The notes under the pieces are model-generated. The model did not search any database. It was not told the DNA's origin and saw only the letters and a list, made by a program, of their open reading frames with translations. Below are positions 56,279 through 64,000 of a stretch of 64,000 bases of DNA, in pieces. The stretch is from Nitrosopumilus sp. (lineage in GTDB: Archaea > Thermoproteota > Nitrososphaeria > Nitrososphaerales > Nitrosopumilaceae), in NCBI GenBank assembly GCA_965238275.1, contig OZ250186.1, forward strand, positions 128,001 to 192,000, given 5' to 3'. Positions within the stretch are counted from its first letter, which is position 1. Every line of letters starts with the position of its first letter. The position numbers and the translations under genes were made by a program.

Positions 56279-57946
56279 TCAAAGGTATCGTGCCTCCCGT
56301 GCCAGTGCCTCTATCTGCTCTTTTTTTGCGCCCACCATGTGCAGGTCTATCCATTTGCGGACAAGGTCTGTGCCCCCGAGGGAGTGGGCCCTTGCAAGAA
56401 GGAGCCGCCTTCTGGACTCGACGGCCCCGTCCCGGAACTCCCGGATTGCCTCCGGCACGTCGGATCTACCTATGATGGCCCCGCCCCCGACAAAGGCGCG
56501 GGCGCCGTCGGCAAACGCGGAGCCTATGTTGTCCTGGTTGATGCCGCCGTCGGCCTCAACGTATCCTGCAAAGCCGTTACTTTGCAGGAGGGGCATCAGG
56601 CGGGCCATCTTGTCATGCGTCTCCTCAATGTACTTCTGGCCTGACCTTCCGGGAACCACAGACATCACTATGAGCTGGTCGATTATCGGCAGGAACGAGT
56701 AGGACCACTCCGGAAGCTCCGTGTCGGGGTTGATTGCAAGGCCCACGCCAACCATGCTCTGCCTGAGGGTGTCGCATATTCTGCCAAAGGAGTCCCTGTC
56801 AGTCACCTCGGCATGGACCGTGATGATGTCGCTGCCTGCACGGATGTAGTCAGGCACGTGCCGTTCCGGGTCGTCTATCATAAGGTGGGTGTCAAAGGGG
56901 ATAACCGTAAGGGGCCTGAGGTCTTGTATGGCGGTGTGATCAAAGGTGCAGTTGGGGACAAACTTCCCGTCCATGACGTCAAGGTGGATATAGTCGGCCC
57001 TTCCCGAGACGCACCGTCCCACCTCGCCGGGCAGGTCGTTCATGTCCCCTGCAATTATGGAGGGGGCAATCATGAACTGCGAGTCCAGCTCCTGGTTGAT
57101 TATCGGGATGGTGTCAGGCGCAGGGGCCTTGCCGTGCCACTGAGGATTGTCCTCCATGTGCTCGACTGACTTGCCCTTTATGGTGCGGGATATTATTATT
57201 GTCGGGACGTTTTTGGTTGCGCATGCCTGCGTGATGGCCGCATCAATCTGCTCTATCCTGTGTCCGTCTATCTCGATTACGTTCCACCCGAAGGAGCGCC
57301 ACTTGTCGCCGGTCCTCCAACGGGAGGCGTCATTCCACATCTCGGAGAGGTCATCGCCTGCAAGGTGCCTGTCAAGCGGCATCACCTTTTCGGTGTAGGA
57401 GTCCTGCTGGATAAAGTTCCTGTCAAGGAATACCGTGAGGTTGTCAGTCTTGTACTTTGCAGCAGTCATTGCAGCCTCCCATATCTGGCCCTCGTCAGAC
57501 TCCCCGTCACCGATTACGGTGTAGACGTGATGCCCCTTGGAGTCTATCTTGGCTGCAAGTGCCACGCCGACAGAGTAGGAGAGTCCCGTTCCAAGGGAGC
57601 CTCCGCAGAACTCCACCCCTGGGCATTTGAGGTCAGGATGCCCCTGGAGCCTGCTGCCAAGCTTTCTCAGCGTGTCAAGCTCCGACTCTGGGATGTATCC
57701 TGCAACTGCCATGTTTGCAAAGAGCCCGGGGGCCGCATGCCCCTTGGAGAGTACTAGCCTGTCCCGGTCCTCCCATTCCGGATTGCTTGGATCAAACCTC
57801 AGGTGCTTGTAGAACAGGCAGCCGAGGATCTCTGCCATGGAAAACGAGCCCCCCGGATGCCCGGAGCCTGCAATGCCCGTTGCCCGTATCACCAGCCTGC
57901 GGGCCCGAAGCACTTTTCTCTTTATCTGGTAATAGTTGAGCCCCAT
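56279..57946 (-). CDS. Transketolase N-terminal subunit fused to ribulose-phosphate 3-epimerase
   Basis: SGHPGGS, LSKGH and GDGE, followed by APSI, HLDVMDG.FVPN, MSV.PG and DGGI. Confidence 0.93.
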   Translation of the reverse strand: MGLNYYQIKRKVLRARRLVIRATGIAGSGHPGGSFSMAEILGCLFYKHLRFDPSNPEWEDRDRLVLSKGHAAPGLFANMAVAGYIPESELDTLRKLGSRLQGHPDLKCPGVEFCGGSLGTGLSYSVGVALAAKIDSKGHHVYTVIGDGESDEGQIWEAAMTAAKYKTDNLTVFLDRNFIQQDSYTEKVMPLDRHLAGDDLSEMWNDASRWRTGDKWRSFGWNVIEIDGHRIEQIDAAITQACATKNVPTIIISRTIKGKSVEHMEDNPQWHGKAPAPDTIPIINQELDSQFMIAPSIIAGDMNDLPGEVGRCVSGRADYIHLDVMDGKFVPNCTFDHTAIQDLRPLTVIPFDTHLMIDDPERHVPDYIRAGSDIITVHAEVTDRDSFGRICDTLRQSMVGVGLAINPDTELPEWSYSFLPIIDQLIVMSVVPGRSGQKYIEETHDKMARLMPLLQSNGFAGYVEADGGINQDNIGSAFADGARAFVGGGAIIGRSDVPEAIREFRDGAVESRRRLLLARAHSLGGTDLVRKWIDLHMVGAKKEQIEALAREARYL

Positions 57947-58081
57947 CGTATCGTATCTTGACAAATTGAATAAAAATCTACTTCTGTGGAATGGGGGATG
58001 CGGTGTAGGATGGGAGAGATATCCATGTCAGTAAGCTGTGCGGGACAATGATTTAAAGCGTACCGGATGGAAGATAGAGCC

Positions 58082-58339
58082 ATGGGGAATGACAAGTGCG
58101 ACTTTTGCAGGGGGACAGGCAGGAGTACATCCGGCATGTGCGTGTACTGTAACGGTACCGGCGAGTGGAACCAGGCCGCACAGGCATACGTCAAGAACCA
58201 CATATGCCAGTGCATCACCCTGGACAGAAAGTTCTGTCCCGTGTGCAACAAGGCGTGCCACCACGACACCACGCTGAGTCCAAGGCAGAAGATCGATCCC
58301 GGATACGGGGGAATGGCAACGCCAGGAATGAGATCCTAG
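58082..58339 (+). CDS. Small Cys-rich zinc-finger protein (CxxCxGxG x2)
   Basis: CDFCRGTG, CVYCNGTG, HICQC and CPVC...CHH motifs. Confidence 0.75.
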   Translation: MGNDKCDFCRGTGRSTSGMCVYCNGTGEWNQAAQAYVKNHICQCITLDRKFCPVCNKACHHDTTLSPRQKIDPGYGGMATPGMRS

Positions 58340-58403
58340 GGACAATACAGGGTTTGCAGATCATGGCATGCTCTAAATAGCGCATTTGGCGCATGGTGTC
58401 TTG

Positions 58404-59831
58404 ATGAGAATTGCAGAATCCGTAGAAAAGACAGAGATGCTGTGCGGGTTTGTGCACGAGGGAAGAGACGAGATACTGGGATTTGACAGAATCAAGGTGT
58501 CGCAGGAAGTAAGACAGGCGCTTGCAGACATGAAGGGGAAGATGGGGGCGACATGCGTGGTTTATTCCCCGAATGCCAAACACCAGAGGATACTGCTTGC
58601 AGGGCTTGGCAGGGAGACAACAGAGGATACGGTCAGGTTTGTCTCAGGCAGGATTGCGCAAAAGGCAGCAGGTCTTGGGGTAAAAGAGTTTTCAATAGTT
58701 TCACCGGATGGGGATGCGTCACCGTCCCGCATCATCGAGGGGGTCGTGATGTCGCTGTACAGGTTTGACAGGTTCAAGTCCGAAAAGGGCGATGCGCTGC
58801 CTGATTTTACAGTGGTGGCGCCAAGCGGGGCAGGGCCTGCGGCCAGGACAGCCGGTATCGTTTCAGACGGGGTTGTATTTACAAGGAATGTTGCCAACAT
58901 GCCTCCAAACGAGTGCACCCCTGCAGTGCTGGCCGGCCTGGCAAAAAAGATCTCAAGGAAGAACAAGATTAAGTGCAGGGTGGTTGCAGAAGCCGAACTG
59001 AAGAGGAGGGGGTTTGGCGGAATTACGGCAGTGGGGCAGGGGAGCAGCAACGGCCCCAGGCTTATAATTATGGAGTATGGCGGAGGCGCAAAGGGGGCAA
59101 AGCCGACGGTGCTGGTAGGAAAGGCTGTGACCTTTGATACCGGCGGGATCTCCATCAAGCCAGGCGAGAAGATGGACGAGATGAAGTTTGACAAGTGCGG
59201 GGGGTGCACCGTCCTGGGAATTCTCAAGGCCGCATCAGAGATGGGGCTAGGGGTGAACCTGATCGGGATAGTGCCGGCCGTAGAAAACATGCCCGGGGGA
59301 GACTCGTACAGGCCCGGGGACATAATCAGACTGTACAGCAAAAAGACAGCAGAAATCATGAATACGGACGCAGAAGGAAGGCTGATTCTTGCAGACGCGC
59401 TCTCCTACGGGGAGAAGCATTATCGCCCCAGGGCGATAATTGACTTTGCCACGCTGACAGGCGCGTGCATTGTTGCGCTGGGAAACAACGTCGCAGGAAT
59501 GGTCTCAAATGACAGAGATGAGGCTGCAAGGATAATGGATGCCTCCAGGAGGACATCCGAGGAGGTCTGGGAGCTGCCGCTGAACCAGGACTACATGGAC
59601 ATGATAAAGTCCGATGTGGCTGACATGAAGAACATCGGGATCGGAAGGGCCGCAGGCACCATTACGGCCGCAGCATTCCTGAAAAACGCCATAAATGACA
59701 CGCCGTGGGTCCACATTGATATTGCAGGGGTAGCATGGAAACAGGCAGGCACCAAGGAGAAGCCGTACAATCCAAAGGGCGCGACCGGCTTTGGCGTAAG
59801 GCTGGTTCTTGACTATCTGCAGAACCTCTAG
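58404..59831 (+). CDS. pepA: Leucyl aminopeptidase (M17)
   Basis: GKAVTFDTGG, MKFDK and NTDAEGRL motifs. Confidence 0.96.
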   Translation: MRIAESVEKTEMLCGFVHEGRDEILGFDRIKVSQEVRQALADMKGKMGATCVVYSPNAKHQRILLAGLGRETTEDTVRFVSGRIAQKAAGLGVKEFSIVSPDGDASPSRIIEGVVMSLYRFDRFKSEKGDALPDFTVVAPSGAGPAARTAGIVSDGVVFTRNVANMPPNECTPAVLAGLAKKISRKNKIKCRVVAEAELKRRGFGGITAVGQGSSNGPRLIIMEYGGGAKGAKPTVLVGKAVTFDTGGISIKPGEKMDEMKFDKCGGCTVLGILKAASEMGLGVNLIGIVPAVENMPGGDSYRPGDIIRLYSKKTAEIMNTDAEGRLILADALSYGEKHYRPRAIIDFATLTGACIVALGNNVAGMVSNDRDEAARIMDASRRTSEEVWELPLNQDYMDMIKSDVADMKNIGIGRAAGTITAAAFLKNAINDTPWVHIDIAGVAWKQAGTKEKPYNPKGATGFGVRLVLDYLQNL

Positions 59832-59956
59832 TAGCCCCGGCTGTTCCGGTCAGGCTTTCCGACGTTTGGGTTGCGCCAGCTGTGCTTTTCCATCATGTGA
59901 TTGAGGAATCGGATGTCGTTTTCACACGACTCCCCACATACTGCACATACAGGCAT
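59828..59956 (-). CDS. Putative 42-aa C2H2 zinc-finger protein
   Basis: CAVC-x12-H-x4-H spacing. Confidence 0.6.
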   Translation of the reverse strand: MPVCAVCGESCENDIRFLNHMMEKHSWRNPNVGKPDRNSRGY

Positions 59957-60034
59957 GACTGGTGTGCGGGTGCGGAGGAATATTAAGATTGCAGCGGCAT
60001 GGCAATGTCGTGGATTCGATAAACAAAAGGATAC

Positions 60035-61635
60035 GTAACTGTGTAGTTTTTTGATCAAACGTTGAATTCCATGCCTACAAACGTCTGTGTAGTTTTTTTT
60101 GAAACTATTTTTAATCACTTGATCGAGTTTTTCTCTCCATTCCAATTTTTAGATCATCAGTTCCCACGGTTTGCATTATGCCTGATGATAATTCCGAGTC
60201 AAGGATTGCAGAACTGGAGGAAAAAGTGGAGATGATGGCAGGGCAGCTGGCCAAAAAAGACCGTCAGCTGGCCAATCTCGCTGATCTTTACGCTGCCGCC
60301 CTCCGACAGATCCGGGACCTCACGGCAGAGTTGCAGGAAGCAAAGGGCGTCATATCGGCTGCCGTTGCAAGGAGCATCGGCGCAAAACCTGACAAAAAGA
60401 CCGGCGGTGCCAGACGCCGCACAAAGGCCAAGGGCAGGCCAAGCGTCCACAGACGTACCGGCCTCAGGCGTCCTGAAAGAATAGACGCGGAGGAGACGGC
60501 AGATCCCCACACGTGCGACAACTGCGGCAGCTCCGACCTCTCCGAGTGCGTATCCACGTACACAAAGGTCGTAAGGGAGGCTGCCAGGGTGGAACTAGAG
60601 CACATCAAGGTGACAGTAAAGAGAAGGCGCTGCAGGAACTGCAAGAAGACCGTGTCCGGCAGGACCCCGCTGGCACTGCCAAACTCCAGGTACGGGATCA
60701 ACTTTATGATAATGATGGTCATCCTCAGGCTGCACGGCATGTCAGACCTCAGGATATGCCAGATTGTCCTGCTAACGTACTCTGCAAGGATCACCGAATC
60801 TGCCATAAACCGCATGGTGTGCAGGATGGCACGGGAGCTTGGGCCGCTGTACGAGAAGATCAAGGAGGAGGTGAGGCGCTCGCCTGCGATAAATGGGGAC
60901 GAGTCTGTCTGGCGCGTCAACGGCACCAACTATTGGCTGTGGGCGGTGGTAACAAAGTACGCCGTAATCTACGAGGTACACCGCCGCAGGAACTCGAAGG
61001 TTCCAAAAAAGATGCTTGGCAAGGACTATTCGGGATGCGTGACGTCTGACTCGTGGGGAGCGTGGAACGTCATAGGAACCATGCACCAAAAGTGCCACCT
61101 GCATTACGCCCGGGACATCAAGGACACCCTGAGATACAAAAATCCCGGCCAGGACTACCGGCGGCACGCAAGGACGCTGCGCAGCATACTGTGGGACTCG
61201 CACGTCGACGGTGCCATTCCGGGAGGAGCAGACGCGCTTGCCACAAAGAAGAGGCTGGACCGTCGCATCGCGTCCCTGATAGGCAGGCTCGAGAAGGACC
61301 GCGACTGCAAGCACTGCAACAGGATGCGCAAGAGGCTGGTGCGGGAAAGGGATCACCTGTTTGCGTTTCTGGAGACAGACGATGTCGAATACCACAACAA
61401 CCGGGCAGAGCGGGCCATCAGGCCGTACGTCATTCTTCGCAAGAACAGCAACGGGAGCAGGTCAAAGAAGGGCGCAGACGCGATTGCCGTGCTGATGAGC
61501 ATCAAGCAGACATGCAAGGCAAGGGGAGATGATTTTTGCACGGTCCTGCGCGAGAATCTGGTTCCATGTTAAAAAAAATACATAGTTTTTTGTAGGCATG
61601 GAATTCACCATTTGATCAAAAAACTACACAGTTAC
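60035..61635 (+). mobile_element. IS66-family element, single-ORF, apparently intact
   Basis: 47-bp TIR (GTAACTGTGTAGTTTTTTGATCAAA...) with 2 mismatches; 8-bp TSD AAGGATAC (60027-34 / 61636-43). Confidence 0.94.
60178..61572 (+). CDS. IS66 transposase
   Basis: Coiled coil, CxxC x2, GDESVW, VTSD, QKCHLH and NNRAERAIR motifs. Confidence 0.94.
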   Translation: MPDDNSESRIAELEEKVEMMAGQLAKKDRQLANLADLYAAALRQIRDLTAELQEAKGVISAAVARSIGAKPDKKTGGARRRTKAKGRPSVHRRTGLRRPERIDAEETADPHTCDNCGSSDLSECVSTYTKVVREAARVELEHIKVTVKRRRCRNCKKTVSGRTPLALPNSRYGINFMIMMVILRLHGMSDLRICQIVLLTYSARITESAINRMVCRMARELGPLYEKIKEEVRRSPAINGDESVWRVNGTNYWLWAVVTKYAVIYEVHRRRNSKVPKKMLGKDYSGCVTSDSWGAWNVIGTMHQKCHLHYARDIKDTLRYKNPGQDYRRHARTLRSILWDSHVDGAIPGGADALATKKRLDRRIASLIGRLEKDRDCKHCNRMRKRLVRERDHLFAFLETDDVEYHNNRAERAIRPYVILRKNSNGSRSKKGADAIAVLMSIKQTCKARGDDFCTVLRENLVPC

Positions 61636-62106
61636 AAGGATACAAGAACTTGCAAAAGAGTATCTTGTGGAATGGCAAGTGGTGGGAGATTATTTGCGAA
61701 AAATAAATAAAAATGAGAAAAAATTAATAAAATACGCAGACGAGGCACGGCTGCGCCTGGGTTCGGATGATTACGAGGACGGACAAAAAATGGTTTCAGA
61801 CATATTGAAACATATTGAAAAATTAAAAATCAAATTTTACATACACCGGAAAGAATCTGAACAAATTAGAATTAATATTGTTAAATTAAATCCCTACAAA
61901 AAGATGCGACCATGTCGTACACATTCCAGCTCAGCGTAAAGATCTATTGAATGGGATCGGTAAATCCTGCCGTTGGAGCGAACTTTTGGTCGTCAGTATA
62001 GGTCACTCATTTAACGCCCCATGACCGGCACCCGGTAATGTGGCAGAGCCTTGACGCGGGTTCTGTGTGATCTTAGAAGGTTACAAAAATCGTCCATATC
62101 CAACTA

Positions 62107-63361
62107 TACCAAAGATGAAAAATTGATGTGATTGTAAAATATTTTAACTCCATGTGAAATTATGCTTATTTCACGTAGCATAGTCAATGAAGATCAAGAC
62201 GATGTTGAAAAGATACGCCGCTGAGACAGACTGCGATACCAAGGACCGCATGATGCTGATCATCAGAGTCAAACGTGACGGGATAACCATGAGGGATTCT
62301 GCAAAATCCCTGGGAAAGTCAGCCTCGTGGGGCTACAAGTGGCACGAGCGCTACCTGGAAGTCGGATTTGACAGGCTGGGAAACATGCCGCGTTCCGGCA
62401 GGCCGACCAAGGCGAGCAAGGCAGACATGAAGAAGATCAGAAAGGCCGCATGCAGGAAACCTGTCTGGACGGGCATGGAGATGCAGCAATACATCCAACA
62501 GAAGACCGGAGTAAGGTACGAACTCGGATATGTGCGCCAGATACTGCGCGGGTGGGGCTATTCCCAGAAGGTTCCCGTAGGAAAACATGCAAGAAGGGCA
62601 CCTGACGAGGAGATCAGGAAATTCCAAAAAGAGATGCCAGAGCTTATAAAAAAAAGAACAGTGAAGGAACAGTCGTAGCGATACAGGACGAGTCCATAGT
62701 AATCTCCGATGCGCGGCCGCGAAGACGCGGCTACACCAGGAAGGGAATACGGGCGTTTTTCACGTACACCGGCTCACACTCCAAGACGATAATCCATGGA
62801 CTGATCACCACGGACGGCAGGGGCATGTTCCGGCAGTACGACGCGTTTACCAAGGACACCTTTGAGGACTTTCTAAGGCAGGCGATGTACAGGTTCAAGA
62901 AGATCTGCCTGATCATGGACAAGGCCTCCCAGCACAGGGCATCAAACATACGCAAACTGCTTGATGGCACAGACGGCCTGGAGATAGTCTTCCTGCCAAC
63001 TGCAACCCCGGACCTGAGCGCCATAGAGACGTACTGGAGGGATCTCAAACGGGCAGTGCTTGACGTGCCGTACACCAGCCTGAGCATGCTCCGCGAGGCG
63101 ATCACCAGGTACACGAGGTACAAAAAACCGAATCTGGTCGTTGAAAACTTTCTGTACAGGGCCATCTAGAACGACATCAAACCGCACCGGACCCACGCCG
63201 CCTAGCGTGTGCCATGCACGGCGCACCAGAGCATGCAATGTCTAATGTTCGGGGCGTCTTTTCTCGTCATTTGGGAATTCAACGCACCTCGTAATTTCCA
63301 GAGACGGCTGTTGCATCAAAAATTTATGAGCGATTTTGATATGAATTTTTCATTGCTGGTA
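62107..63361 (+). mobile_element. IS630-family element, copy 2
   Basis: TA duplication (62105-06 / 63362-63); TACC...GGTA ends homologous to copy 1. Confidence 0.9.
62187..63169 (+). CDS. IS630 transposase, two frames joined at an A8 run
   Basis: Paralogue of 41065..42047; A8 at 62648-55. Confidence 0.88.
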
Positions 63362-63629
63362 TATGCCATTACTATCTGCGTTAAAGGTCGGTGGTAAAAT
63401 GTAAGAGGTCGCCTTTACGAAGCGATTCCGTGCCTGATTTGCCCCGATTAATTACCAACTGAGCTACGTTTTCGACCATAAATACCCGATTAATTACACG
63501 TTATCAGCGTGGTCCGCAGGCAGGACAGTTTTCAAATCAAGGCTCACCTGCCGGATCTTTTGTGCCGCATTTCTCGGCAGACGCTACGTGTCCAAAAGCT
63601 TTATGGATCATGCCTTCCAGTGTTGTGGC

Positions 63630-64000
63630 ATGGTGCCTGTAATCGACTTGGAAAAGATTGACTGGAACTCCGTAACCGACACAAAGTCCATCTTCGAATC
63701 AGTCCTTGCCATGCTCAAATCCCGGGACGAGGAGAGCGTGGCGTTGAGGAAAAACATCGAGCAGTTGAAGGAGGAGGCAGAGGCCTTCTCAGGGGAGCGC
63801 GCGATGCTGACGGAGATGGGCACCAGAATCGAACAGCTGGAGGAGGAGAACGCGCAAAAGGACTCCGAGATAGAGAATCTGGGAACAGATGTGGAGAATT
63901 TGAGTGCAGAAGTAGAGAAGCTGAGGGCAGAAAACGCCGCCCTCCTGCAGGGATGCGACGTCTCGCAGGCAGTCATGGACAGGATAGCCCGCCTGGAACG
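63630..64000 (+). CDS. Coiled-coil protein, partial (runs off the window); possibly a transposase N-terminus
   Basis: Open frame MVPVIDLEKIDW...RIEQLEEENAQKDSEIENL... with heptad pattern like the other transposases in this window. Confidence 0.65.
   Translation, partial: MVPVIDLEKIDWNSVTDTKSIFESVLAMLKSRDEESVALRKNIEQLKEEAEAFSGERAMLTEMGTRIEQLEEENAQKDSEIENLGTDVENLSAEVEKLRAENAALLQGCDVSQAVMDRIARLE

Larger units (their letters stand above)
60010..61939 (+). pseudogene. AT-rich hypothetical gene interrupted by IS66
   Basis: Removing the IS and one TSD gives the open frame VDSINKRIQELAKEYLVEWQVV... ending at 61939. Confidence 0.6.

Noticed and set aside
56279-57946. Transketolase-N/Rpe fusion as a novelty
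   Set aside because: Real, but recalled as a regular feature of thaumarchaeal pentose-phosphate clusters.
63608-63976. 122-aa minus-strand ORF
   Set aside because: Antisense to the plus-strand coiled-coil ORF that runs off the window.

Overview
This is a 64-kb archaeal segment whose gene set and order point to Nitrososphaerota, most likely Nitrosopumilaceae. A host-associated (sponge-symbiont-like) lifestyle is inferred from the serpin, giant repeat surface protein, FG-GAP relic and high IS load. The core blocks are rps13-rps4-glmS, cobT/MBL hydrolase/nnrE, translin-tRNA-Leu-rpoN-eno-rps2-mvk-ipk-idi-GGPPS-gltX-FAH, Rieske-UPF0147-methyltransferase, and tRNA-His-corA-transaldolase-transketolase/Rpe-pepA. 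They are interleaved with accessory DNA. Nine insertion sequences could be delimited by eye, eight of them from TIRs plus target-site duplications (ISH3, IS481, 2x IS5-like, 2x IS66, 2x IS630) and one tnpB-only IS605/IS1341 element from its end hairpins; together they cover about 20% of the window and include two nested stacks. The main leads are: (1) a stand-alone, translationally coupled long-NurA plus HerA pair with no mre11/rad50, a candidate defence or repair module; (2) a tyrosine recombinase with an atypical active site, preceded by a G-rich 11-bp tandem array, lying between a 1825-aa repeat surface protein and a two-gene segment bounded by ~75-bp inverted repeats; (3) a TnpB element whose C-terminal tail and reRNA are split by two ISs but can be rebuilt in frame, giving a predicted TAM and guide; (4) a probable transposon excision footprint. 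All family assignments come from motif recognition; no database searches were run.
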